Source: Girardia tigrina
Taxonomy: Eukaryota
Reading direction: 5' to 3'
NCBI GenBank assembly: GCA_001938485.1
Contig: MQRK01227725.1
Location: 1-49,334, forward strand
DNA length: 49,334 bases
The notes under the pieces were generated by a model, which saw only the letters and a list, made by a program, of their open reading frames with translations, was not told the origin of the DNA and did not search any database. Position 1 is the first letter of the stretch. The number at the start of each line of letters is the position of its first letter. Position numbers and translations under genes: made by a program. Positions 37,136-49,334 of the stretch are shown piece after piece.

Positions 37136-39947
37136 AATCTTCGGACATAACAGAAATCAGGATTATTCTTGAACTGGTATCTCTTTTATCAATTTTTTTG
37201 AGAAAAATTACGTTTAGTTGACCGGAAATAGTAAAATTAAAGATTATTTTTTTATTAAAATTCGGATTATTTTTAACATAGAAATAGTTTTAATAATAAT
37301 ATTAAAAATTTAAAATATGGAATTTTTATTTTGATATTACCTGTTTTTATTGAATTAATCAGTTATAATCTAATTTTATTAGTTGATTCAAAATTCACTT
37401 TTAAAGTTACCTTTTTTGATTATATTTTGTCTTGAATAACAAAATATTTCAGATTGTATAAGAGTGTTGATCAGTAAGGATGTCATTGAGAGGTTAGTGG
37501 AAAACTTAGAGAAGTTGCTGATTTCAGAGTAATCACAATAACGTGGTTGTCATTAGTTGTTGATCTCTGAGTCCTGACAACCCTATGGAAAATTCATCTT
37601 CTTGTTATCGGTTTTTATAGGAGACTGCGTTCCGGTCGACTGTCTTCAGGATTGATCTCATCGAATCAAGTAAAACAAAAAGGTCATTGATTCAATTAAT
37701 ATGACGGCGTCTGGAATTAAATTTTAAATTTATGGGCAATTCAGTCCATTTAAACAACAATAAAATTTTTATTTGGGTAATTACGCCCATTTTGAATTTT
37801 ATAATTTAATTTTTTAATTTAAAATAAATAAGATTTTTGAATATTTTTTTATTAACTATTTTTTATACAATGTTACGGGTATAAATACCTCAAATCTTTA
37901 AAATATGGACAGACGTAAAAATTAAACAAATTTCATTTTAAAAATTTATATCGAAAAATTTACGAATTGTATTTTGGAATCCTCCATAGTTATTTATACA
38001 TTGTACTATTCCGAAAGAATTCTGTGATTCAATTGAATAAAGTTTTAAATCACATTTCCTTTGAGTATTTTTACTATTATTAATATTTGGAAACTAATCT
38101 CCGGCGAGATTCATTTTAATTGAAACCTCAAGAGAGTGTTAATCAATTTGATAAACTCAATACAAAGTTGGAAGAACCTTTTGAAAGGGAGTCAGACCAT
38201 TACAATTCGAAAGTGTGTTTTATAGTAATTAAAGATAACTTTATTTCGAATACCCAACAAATATAATAAAACATTTTTACTCCTATAAGTCACTTTAATA
38301 AATATTGTACAACAAATATTTATTTGAAACAATAGGGTCCCGAAAACTCTGAAATAACAAGAGCAGTATCCAAAAAATATTCCTCTGTGGTTCTCCGAAC
38401 AGTCTCATCTTCTGATGCATTCAACTAACGACTTTCTGAAAAAAAATCTCAAAGAACAGAAATATAAAGTAAAATCCGAGTGTTCCCACTAAAGTTGAAC
38501 ATTATTTAAATACATTTTATAATATTTGCGTAATAAAAAACTTACGTTCATAGACGAAATGCTTTAAAGTTTTGTTAGCAGCTGTTCCAGTATCTTTGAC
38601 ACCCCAATCTCCGAAAATCCATTCGAAAAATGCAGAAGGTTCGGTTTTGATAGAGACTGTGTCATTCAAATTGGAAGTAACATCACCGACCACTTGTTGG
38701 ATTGTCGATGTAACATCTGGAAGAGATGTGATTTTCATTTTGACTCAAATTAATGTTACGAATAAAAGAATAAGGTAGGACATCTTTAACGAATTAAAGT
38801 TATGCAATATGAATGAGGTAATTATGGACATTCTACAGAAAATATATAAGGAATACAATTGGATTTCAAAACATATAACCTTTTTTATGGAGCTTCGGAG
38901 CACATCATAAATGTTTGAATATTTTTCAACTCAAGAGTGACTTCGATAGAGAAGATTTTATTAAAAATTACTCCGATAACTTGATACCTTTTCAACGTAA
39001 ATCAAAGGTTATAATTCGTTTTTTAACCATGTAAGTGTTGGGATATTGGTGTACTAAAAATTTAACGGTTTATGAAAACTGAAATTAAAACAAGAAATTT
39101 ATTTTGATAAGTTTTATTGATAAATACAGTTTTTACAAATGATATTTTACAGGGCTTAACTTATNCAAAATTTATATTTTAGGTAAAAGGGAGAAAAATC
39201 TTTTTCTACCCCTTTAAGTTTGAAGTATATAAAAATATATCGTTAATAAAATATATAAATTATATTTCGCACTTTTTATGATTTAGTCGATTCACTCCAA
39301 TAAATAAATTCGAATTCCTTCTCTTTTTCGTTCACAATAGACGTCGTCCTTTTATAGGTTTTCGTAGTGATTCTAATTATCTCTGCGTGAGATAATTAAT
39401 GCGAATTCCTTAAAACGCTAAATTTTTTCCGATGACCTTTAGAACTCTTAATTAAGAGATAATTAAGACTATCTTTCTATGTTTCTTGTTCTCTTCTTAT
39501 TTTGTGTCGTCTGTTTAAAATCTTTTTTTTTTTATATAGTAGCTTTCTTACTCTAAATCTTTTTTATTTATTTATAAAATAAATTGTTTCTTTAAATCAG
39601 ATAAATAATTTTTAATTTAATTTCATCTATTTACTATTATTGTTCGTTTTAATTTATTTATTTATATATATTTTATATTTATTTTAGATAAAAAGTAAAT
39701 ATTACTATTTAACTTTAAGAATTTAAACAAATTATTAAAATAATATATTAAATTAAAAATATACCTCAATATACCTCAACATAAGGATGATTTGTAAATT
39801 ATGATTGTTGTTGATTTAATTCGTGTAACTTTGGTATGATGTTCGGATGTGTTTATGACTCTATCAGTTTATATATTAATTGTATTTTTATTTAATGTAT
39901 ATTTTATAATAAATGTGTGCTGTTTAAATATTTCAAATTAATTTGTA

Positions 39948-41840
39948 ATTCCACGGTTGGAATTAGTAGCCGCTTGTTTGGGAGTAAAATTGATGAAAAA
40001 GGTTAAGCAAATATCGAAAAAAAAATATAGAAAAGAATAAAATATTTTACTGATTTGATAGTGAAGATGTGTTATATTGGATAACACAACAAAGTAGATT
40101 ATTCAAAACATTTTTAGTCAATCGAGTAAGTAAAATTCAAGAATCTACGACATCAAAACAATGGAAATATGTTCCTAGTGCTCTGAATCCAGCAGATTAT
40201 TTATCCCGAGGAGTAACAGCAGATGTAAAAGCAAAAATTGACAAGTGGTTAATTTAGGATTAGGTCCAGGATTCTTGACAAAAGATAAACAAACTTGGCC
40301 AATTTGGAAGCACAAAACGGAAAAACCGAAATGTGAAGAAATAAGAATCAAGACAATTCTAACTTTTACTTCAAATTTAACAGCACGGAAGATGCATCGA
40401 CTTGCTTAGATGTTAAAACATTTTCTAATTGGAAAGAATTGGTCACAGCAAGAGCCTGGATACTTCGATTCATAAATAACTGCAGAAAAGAAAATTATAC
40501 TCGAAAATTCAATGATTTAGACGTGGATTAGATTCTGGAAGCTGAAAAGAGTATAATATGGGAGGATCAACAGACAATATTTAAAGAGGAATTCTATATA
40601 CCGTATTTTCGCGCATATAACTCTCATCATTTTTTCATATCCAGGGACATTTAGAGTATGTAAAAACACATTTTATCAGCTGTTTATCATCCTGAAATGT
40701 TAGTTGTTATCATGTAAATTATTTTTAGGATACACCGCCTATTTTTATACCCTGCGAGTAGCGTGGGGCGTAGATAAAATCACACATGACCTACGGGTTA
40801 TATGCGCGAAAATACGGTAATTAAAAATAAGCAACAGATATCAAATCACTCTAAATTAAAATCAATGAATCCCATGATTGATAAAGACAGAATTCTTCGG
40901 AGTAGTAGTAGACTAACGGAATGGGACTTTATATCCTGGGACAAGAAATATCCTATCATCCTCAAGGGTTTCAGTCATGTCACAAGATTAATAACTGAAA
41001 ATTGTCCTCTCAGTTTAAAGCATGTCGGAGGCACCGAACATATACTAACTGAGTTAAATAATTTTTACTGGATAATTGGAGCATGACAAGCAATCATGAG
41101 TGTTAAAAATAATTGTTTAAAATGTAAACGTTTTAAGGCTAAAGGACTGGGCCAAATAATGGCACCTCTGCCGAAATTCAAAGTAAGTGGGCCAGAAAGA
41201 CCTTTTATGATAATTACAGTTGATTATGCTGGATCTTTTTTAACAGTTCACAGAAGGGGGCATCACAAAGAAAAAAGATATATGTGCTTACACACATATG
41301 GTCAAACAAAAGCCATTCATTTAAAAATGGCAGCGGATTTAGGAATTGAAAGTTTCCTACGAATATTTAAAAGATTTATATCTCGACGAGGTATTCCGAA
41401 CACAATTCTATCATATCGGGGAACAAATTTTGTGGGAGCAACTAATGAAGTAAATGTTTTCGAAATTGACACATTCAAAATGAAAAAAGAAATTGAAGGA
41501 CTAAAAATAAGATGAATATTGCAACTACCAGGAACTCCTCACTTTGGTGGTATGCACGAAATAATGATTAAAGCGGCGAAGAAAGCTTTGAAACTAATTT
41601 ATGGATATGCAAGTCTCTCGGATAATGAGCTACAGACGGCGTTCATTTAAGTGGAAGGAATACTGAATTAAAGACCTCTATGTGGAATAAGTAATGATCC
41701 AATTGATGATGAAGTACTTACACCGAATCATTTTTTATTGATGGGCATCAAAAATAATCATATTAACTTTCAGGACAACATTGTCAGTCAAAGATTACGA
41801 CGAAGATGGAAATTAATGCAAGAATTGATAGAACATTGTT
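39948..41840 (+). mobile_element. BEL/Pao LTR retrotransposon pol remnant (RNase H-integrase)
   Basis: IPRLELVAA, NRVSKIQ..WKYVPSALNPADYLSRG, zinc-finger CLKC, QIMAPLP..VDYAG, RFISRRGIP..GTNFVGA, LTPNHFL. Frameshifts and stops. Confidence 0.92.
40601..40817. mobile_element. 217-bp pogo-family MITE inserted in the BEL/Pao pol
   Basis: Perfect 21-bp TIR CCGTATTTTCGCGCATATAAC with TA TSDs. Removing it restores ..FKEEFYI-IKNKQQISNHSKL.. Confidence 0.92.
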
Positions 41841-43581
41841 GTACATTCCTCAGAACCCCGCACGCGACGACAGCACCGAGAAAACGGCCCCACCGCCGAT
41901 TGTTGTGATGAAAATTCGGTCATTGGGAAATACTAGATTAATCGGTTTAATTTGGGTTTGAGTTAAAGATACTTAAATTTTTATCGTTAATAAATTGATG
42001 AACTCAGACATACACTGGTAACTGCAGCAGAGACGTCGACGATGCAGGGGCGTTTCTCAAGCCGGATGAGGTGTCAAATGCGATCCTCAATGATAGATCT
42101 GTTAATTTGAATTTATTGATAAAAATCAACAAAATTTTTGAAAGTAATAATTATAATGTGACCTCTTCATTGCGTATCATTTTGTTGTTTATCACATAAA
42201 TTTTTATTTTAATAATAATGAAAATGCCAACTGTATCTCGTATGAATCTGTCAGATTCGATCCCCATCATATTCCTATCTTTACATCTCTCTCAAAAGCA
42301 CTCCGCTCCGCTCCCACAACATCACATTTTCATCAGTATCACTCGTCTAGGGGGACAGGGACTCCGACAATGGCCGTCATAATCATAACCAAATTAATGA
42401 CATCATAAAGCCCTTTACGAATGACAGCAACTATCAAAAATAGAGACAAGAATAATTTTTGAAGTTAGGGGTAAAGTATTGATTCAGAAGGAATCAATAT
42501 TAAGGAATCAAAATATTAAGAAGGAATCTCTTATTAAAAATAAATATTATCTTATTAAAAATAATCTTTGTCTTTTGATTTGAATTTAAATTAGTTTATA
42601 AATTTATCAGTAATTCTAATTTAAATAAAATAATAAAATCTTTTGTTGAATTTAATTTTGGAGAGTTGTATAGAAAAGAAATCTACTCAGCTCTAAAGAC
42701 TCACCATTTGTGCATACTTGCACAGTTTACACATAAAAAATCTATGGAATAGAAAGCTACCACACGGACCCATGACCCAAAAAAGTAGGGACCAATGAAC
42801 TGTTAGACACGATTTGTGAAATATTTGAATTGTACATAGGTGTTATCCTTTCATTTAAAACCATAAATAATTTAATAATTAATAATAATATTTGAATAAT
42901 CTTTACACAATTGTCTTTCTGGAATTGTCATGCGCGCTATTATCTAATTAACCGAAAACGACATACGTGAAACAGTTTCATAATACGAAATAAAACTAAG
43001 TGGTGCAAGAGCGAAAATTGATGATACGTTATATACTGGATATAATTTTAAATTTGCGCCGGACCGGATCCAACTTCGAATTTTATGTCCCACCCCTTAT
43101 ATAAATTGTTAATGAGTAATGTATTATCAATATTTTTATTCAAGATTTGTTAGTAGGATTTGAAAACAGCAATATGTAAATATTTATGGACAACCGTTTT
43201 TTGCTCAAATTAATTTCTTATTTGATATTATATTATTAACATTAACAATAATATAAATATCAATATTAATAACGCAACGAAATATCCAATCTACTTTTTT
43301 TAATAATAATTTTGTTTAAACGAATCGAAAGCGAATTTATAAAACTTCATTAAGGTAAAAAGTGATACATTGCCGATTGGTAATTTTAATAATAAAAACA
43401 TTTCAAATATATTAAGAACATTTAGACAAGTTTCGTTTGAATTTTTATTACAATCACATTTAGAGTTATTATGACTCTCAGAAAGTCTTTCATCGTTTGT
43501 CATCGTTCTAATTGGTTTTCTTATTTCATTTTTTTATCATGATTATTCGAAAAAAAATTTTTATAGTCATTTTTTAAAATA

Positions 43582-44876
43582 CAGGGTGATCATAAAGTAA
43601 CTACCGGGTTTTAAACTGCAATAACTTTTATTGGCAAAACATTATGAAAAAAGGTTTTAAATAACCAAAAAGCATTTATTAAAATTAATAATATTCAACA
43701 GAATAACCATCGACATCAATACAATGTTTGAGGTGTCCATGAAAAGACTTAATGGCATTTTGGTACATTTCACCATCTATTTTTGTATCTTCTTGACAAA
43801 TAAAATCTTTAAGTAGCTGAATTGTTTCTGGTTTTCTCTTATACATTTCATTCTTCAAATGCCCTCACACAAAAATTGAGTGGTGTCAGATCAGGTGACC
43901 TAGCTGGTCATACATATGGACCACATCGTCCCAGCCAACGTTGTCGAAATGCTTCATCCAGAAATTGTCGCACAATCTGTGAATAATGGGCAGGTGCTCC
44001 ATCTTGCTGGAACACAGCTTTCCGTTTGCATGTTCTTGATAACGATGACATAATGCAACCTTTTAACATATCACGGTAAAGCGCCGCTGTTATGTTTCCT
44101 TCAAAACAAAATGGCCCATAAACACGAGTTGAAGACAACCCTATTCAAACATTAACTTTTTCACTAGCCTGTGATCTCGGATATGTTTCAGTTGGTGTTT
44201 CAATGCCCCAAATGCGACAGTTATGTCTGTTTGCAATGTCGTTAAGATTGAACTTTGACTCATCAGAGAATATCAGGTTACTGAGAAAATTTTCATCTGC
44301 ATCTAACGATTGAATTAACGTTTCCCACATAACACGTCTAAGAGCGCAATCTTCTTCATACAAAAGTTGCGTGGTTTGAATTCTGTAGAGAGACATTTTA
44401 AAGTCGTTTCGTAATACTTTTTGAACAGATCCATAAAAGCAATTCAGAGTTGACAACGCTTTTCTGGCTTTTGCTTAAAATGTTCTGCTATCTCATTTTT
44501 CTTTTCATCATCAATTAGTGGTCTTCCAGATTTTGGGGCATTTAGAACGCTTCATGTTTCTTCAAACTTTTTGAAGATGCTTCTAATACTTTTTTCGGTT
44601 GGAATATTTTTCCATTTAAATTGTTGAAGTTCTCTTCTTACTAAAGTCACCGACTCACGCTTCGCAAATAAAATAACAGTTTTTACACGCTGATTAACAT
44701 CCATTTTGAAACTTACGCTTATAGCAATAACAACATTTAATACATTTAAAGAAAATGTACTTTTAATTAAATTTTAAAGAATAAGCTTCAAGATGCCTTT
44801 ATAATTAAAAAGAAATACAATATAATTCAAAAGTTATTGCAGTTTAAAACCCGGTAGTTACTTTATGATCTCCCTT
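43582..44876 (-). mobile_element. Full-length rosa (DD41D) Tc1/mariner transposon
   Basis: ~48-bp TIRs CAGGGTGATCATAAAGTAACTACCGGGTTTTAAACTGCAATAACTTTT with TA TSDs. Confidence 0.92.
43685..44704 (-). pseudogene. DD41D transposase, disrupted
   Basis: FSDESKF..NRHNCRIW, FQQDGAPAH, *PARSPDLTPLN. Exactly 41 residues separate the second D from the third position (now N). Several stops and frameshifts. Confidence 0.9.
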
Positions 44877-47312
44877 TATTTAACTTCTAAAAAATATTAA
44901 TTTAAATAATAATTTTTACCATTTCTCAATAAATCCCAAAATAATAAAAATGACATCAAATTATTAAAAATTTATTTAATTTAAATTTTACTAGAAATAT
45001 TAAACTTAATTTTAATTGTTAAATTAAAAATATGATCTTATAAAATGATTATTTTAATTATGTTCGAATAGCCAATCACTTTAAATTTAAATAAAAGAAA
45101 TACCAATTTCCATCTAGGTGGGAGAATCGCCATTCTATATTCAACATACAGTATCAATACATTTACACATTCAAACAATTTAAAATATTCCTCACAAAAT
45201 ACATTCCAGAATCGTCCATATTGATAAATTGTTCTCTATTGATTAATATTTTTCTTTAAAATCAGAACAAAAAATTAAATTTATTCTAAATACAATTTCA
45301 TCAAAAGAAATAACAGTGTCACACACTTCAATCCGCAAAGTTGTTTTTTACCACAATAAAATTACGGCAGAGTTGAACATGCCGAACCAAGAAAATCAAG
45401 TATGTTTTTTAATTCCTCGTGAAAAAAATATAACAAAATAAATTATTAACAATAATATGAATACGAACATTTTTAATGATATTAATACAAGCACAATCAA
45501 ATATTCAATCAAATCTTAATAATTATAATTTTGTTTAAACGAATCGGAAAAGTATTTCTAAGACGTTATAATGTATCAATTATCGCGCCACAGAAAGAGT
45601 GAATAAACGTCAATGAATCATCCTATTTTAAATATCGAAATAGACGATTTGTTAGAGAATGTCGAGCATCATTTGAGTGAGCTATTAACGTTGTCGACCA
45701 CATCCTTTACTGACGCAATAAATATTCACTAAATAAAGCCGAACAAAGATTAACACTGAAAGAAAAACCGTTGAGTAAATTCGAAAGAGAAATCCTGTTT
45801 AATGAAGCAGAAGTGATTAATAATTACTAATTGAGTAATTAATTAATTAATTTGAATTCGTTTTTCTCTCTGTCTCTCTCTCCAAATAGAAACTTGCTTC
45901 ATCTGGTAATAAAACCGATTCCGCTGCGCTTTTTATCGAATGTTTGCGACAACTCGAGCTTCAGTCGGTGTTCCCGAGTTTGCCGCGGTGTTTGCGAGCA
46001 GTAAGATCGAGTTTCTCCATCGATAATTCTCTCTTTTATCTGTCTTTTATGTGTGCTTTAGTTGGCGAATTATTTCCGAGAAAATGGAGAATGTTAATTT
46101 TTTGTTTTAATTTCTGTCGGGAATACTTTTGAATTGCGCTCCAACTATAAAAAATATCGATTTTATTATTATTATTATTCTTTTCAAATTATGAGGAGTT
46201 TGTTCATTTTTATTTCGTTGGTCGAGATTTAATTTAATTTACATTATAAAAAAATTTAAAATTTTAATTAAATATTAAATAATATTATTAATAAAAAAAT
46301 TTTTTATAAAAACAACCACGTTTTTCAAGCATTACCAATGCACTAAAAAGAGGAAAATAATTTTTTTTCTAGACATGTGCGAAATTTTATACCNNNNNNN
46401 NNNNNNNNNNNNNNNNNNNNNNNNNNNNNNNNNNNNNNNNNNNAATTATTTTCCTCTTTTTAGTGCATTGGTAATGCTTGAAAAACGTGTTTGTTTTTAT
46501 AAAAAAATTTTTATTAATAATATTATTTAACTATTTTTAGTTATCATTTAGGAATTCAAATCGTTCGATTGATTTCGAATAACAGAAATGATAATAAAAG
46601 CAAAATAAAACTTTTTAAACCTAATTTTAATATTTCTACACTTAATTATCACTTGATTTTCACAATATTTGTTCAATTTATTAATTTTTTCAATACATCA
46701 TTAACACGGATTATTTTCCCGTATAAGACATAAGCTGTTTAATTATAGCATATGCGGTTTATGTAGAGTCGTAAATGTTTTATAATATTGTATTGTCATC
46801 GGAAGCAAGCCTGTATAAAAAACTTCAGCTCAATTGGATGACTGAAAGTGGTCAAAAAATCAATCGCAAGATTTGTTCCAGACAGACAAACAGACAAGAA
46901 ACCAAGTTAAGAAAAACGTGGTAAAAAACCATTGATTATTTCAATATATACATATGTGTGTATAAAATGTAAAAAAAATAATTGAAAAAAAATTTTTGAA
47001 AATATTTCAATCTTCAAAATAAAATTATTTGGTAATTTGAAAGAGTTTTAACTTCATTCATGAAAATAAACGAAAAGATTGCTATTTAATACAGTGCATA
47101 AACTTTTTTTTTTGCAAAAAAAAATTAGAAAAAATTATTTTCAAATTTTTTTATCAAATTGTATTGTCATCGGAAGCAAGCCTGTATAAAAAACTTCAGC
47201 TCAATTGGATGACTGAAAGTGGTCGAAAAATCAATCGCAAGATTTGTTCCAGACAGACAAGAAACCAAGTTAAGAAAAACGTGGTAAAAAACCATTGATT
47301 ATTTCAATATAT

Positions 47313-48604
47313 GGATCTTGTTAAAAATATGCCCCTAGGGGCATATTTTTAGTTGTGTAATTTTAGGGGCGTACTTTTTAGTTGTGTAATTGTAGGGGCG
47401 TACGTTTTAGTTGTGTAATTTTAGGGGCGTACTTTTTAGTTGTGAAAAAAGGTCATTACCTCGCCGCAACTGTCACACTTCATTGATAATTTCAAAATAC
47501 CCTAACCCATTATAAATACCTCTTATTTATTTTAATGTTCATAAATATTTTTTGGATCATGTCACTTAGTACCTATGAAACAATCATAAGAAGACTAATG
47601 AATGCTGATTTACAAGACACGATAGCATATTTAAAACAAAGGATATTTTGAAATTATCAATGAAGTGTGATAGTTGCGGCGAGGTAATGACCTGGACAGC
47701 TAAGCAAAGTGTTATAGACCAATATGTCTGGAAATGCCAAAATAAGAGGTGTTCAAATTACAAAACAACTTTGTCAATTAGAACTAATTCTTTGTTGGGC
47801 ATTTCCAGAATCAGTCTTCAAACATGGATAGATTTGCTCTACATATGGAGTAATGAAGAATCAATTGTTGCGATTCAACGGTCTTTGACTGTATCAACGC
47901 CCACTCTTATTAAAATATTCAAAACCATAAGAAAATGCTTTTTTGAACATTTTGAAGCTAATCCTGTAAGACTGCACGGCGGAAATGTAATCTGTCAAAT
48001 CGATGAAAGTCTTTTTGCTACAAACAAAAATATCATCGTGGCTGAATTGCTAACCATCAGGAATTGGTATTTAGTATCGTTGATACATCTTTTACTCCGG
48101 CGAGAGATATAATGCGAGTGGTTCCAAACAAATCTGCGGCTATATTGAAACCCATTATCTGTGAAATATTATTGTCGGGTACAACTATTCACAGTGATGA
48201 ATGGAGAGCATATTCCAATTTAAATGCTCTAGGATATGATCATGGTACAGTTAATCATTCGATTAATTTTGTAGATCCTAGAACCGGGATTCACACACAA
48301 AATGTTGAATCTTATTGGAATAAAAACAAAAAACGGTGCAAGAAAATGAAAGGAGTTAAAAAAGAATTTTTGCAGGATTACCTTAATGAGTTTATGTGGC
48401 GAGACAACATTTCTGGAGATTCTTTTGAAAAATTACTATAATGATGAATAAATTTCATAGTTTTGTATTGTGTTTTTATTGTATTTATTACACGGGGGCA
48501 TATTTTTTAGTTGTGTAATTTTAGGGGCATACTTTTTAGTTGTGTAATTTTAGGGGCGTACTTTTTAGTTGTGTAATTTTAGGGGCATACTTTTAACATG
48601 ATCC
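47313..48604 (+). mobile_element. Merlin (IS1595/ISXO2-like) DNA transposon
   Basis: 25-bp TIR GGATC(T/A)TGTTAAAA(A/G)TATGCCCCTA, perfect 8-bp TSD CAATATAT (47305-47312 / 48605-48612), 29-bp subterminal tandem repeats. Confidence 0.95.
47559..48441 (+). pseudogene. Merlin/ISXO2-like DDE transposase, frameshifted
   Basis: CxxC..WxC zinc finger, QIDESLF, YKQKYHRG, TIHSDEWRAY, VNHS..FVDP.TGIHTQNVESYW, YLNEFMWR. Two frameshifts (~47640, ~48015). Confidence 0.92.
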
Positions 48605-49259
48605 CAATATATACATATGTGTGTGTATAAAATGTAAAAAAAAATTGAAAAAAAATTTTTGAAAATATTTCAATCTTCAAAATAAAATTAATTGGTAATT
48701 TGAAAGAGTTTTAACTTCATTCATGAAAATAAACGAAAAGATTGCTATTTAATACAGTGTATAAATTTGTAGATAATCGTAAGTGTTTTTTTGCAAAAAA
48801 AATTAGAAAAAATTATTTTTTTTCAATTTTTTTTATAATATTGTATTGTCATCGGAAGCAAGCCTGTATAAAAAACTTCAGCTCAATTGGATGACTGAAA
48901 GTGGTCGAAAAATCAATCGCAAGATTTGTTCTAGACAGACAAACAGACAAGAAAGCAAGCTAATAAAAACGTGGTAAAATTGAATTCATGTATATATACT
49001 ACAAAATAAATTTATATAAAAGGTGTAGTGGCAATTTTGTACAAATAATGAAATCATTTGAAAAATCACAATTTAAATTATCATATTTTTAAATTCAGAA
49101 AAATAGTAATGAAATCTTATTTGCCAAGAATAAAAATTCACAAGAAATATCGAAATCAATCGGACAAAAATTTTTTAGTCACAATGCATTTGAGAATTAT
49201 AAACAAAAAACTATTTTTAAATTTATAAACAAAAACACGCCATTTGTAAAATTTATTTT

Positions 49260-49306
49260 TTATGACAATTAATTTCGACGGTATAACCGTCATCGTCAGG
49301 TCTCAA
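49260..49306 (-). ncRNA. Minimal type I hammerhead ribozyme (Penelope-like element type)
   Basis: Minus strand reads TTGAGAC-CTGACGA-T-GACGG-TTATA-CCGTC-GAAA-TTAA-TT-GTCATAA: intact core, perfect 5-bp stem II, palindromic stem III, closing stem I. Confidence 0.75.
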
Positions 49307-49334
49307 GAAAGAAATGAATTATAAATCTGCTTAT

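Larger units (their letters stand above)
46444..48979 (-). repeat. Tandem array (~370-380 bp period, 3 cores) of a HINE/Helentron-like repeat
   Basis: Core TTGTATTGTCATCGGAAGCAAGCC..CAGACAGACA..AAAAACGTGGTAAAA at 46788, 47159 and 48841. (CAGA)n tract and hairpin GCATTGGTAATGC near 46464. Confidence 0.65.

Noticed and set aside
38517-38738. 73-aa ORF that looks protein-like (possible viral or Polinton fragment)
   Set aside because: No recognisable motif or supporting neighbouring genes.
41840-42420. GC-rich block starting TGT after the BEL integrase, possible LTR
   Set aside because: Could not identify a matching CA end or TSD.
47336-47444. 29-bp repeats as a CRISPR array
   Set aside because: No spacers. 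The repeats are part of the Merlin ends and the context is eukaryotic.

Overview
Very AT-rich, gap-containing eukaryotic (metazoan-like) DNA. Introns of about 50 nt and an 18S fragment tentatively suggest a flatworm or similar invertebrate; this is not proven. The window is mostly nested, decayed transposons and I found no complete intact host gene. DNA transposons: a Tc3-like DD34E element, a rosa DD41D element, a mariner 3' fragment, an IS630-like DD34E remnant, pogo/Tigger derivatives and MITEs, MULE-like elements (one carrying an OTU-protease remnant), a Merlin element with an 8-bp TSD, and Helentron-associated (HINE/DINE-1-like) repeats. Retroelements: BEL/Pao and Gypsy pol remnants and solo LTRs. 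Other features: a 126-bp 18S rDNA fragment, two tandem spliced RING-finger pseudogenes, one candidate host exon and a minimal hammerhead ribozyme. The most unusual observation is a family of three diverged TGTCACGA-initiated, solo-LTR-like elements (479-, 4736-, 9873-). They carry conserved spliced mini-genes, including a 109-nt exon of identical length in all three copies, arranged around a CCAAT/TATA promoter. All calls were made by eye, without database searches.
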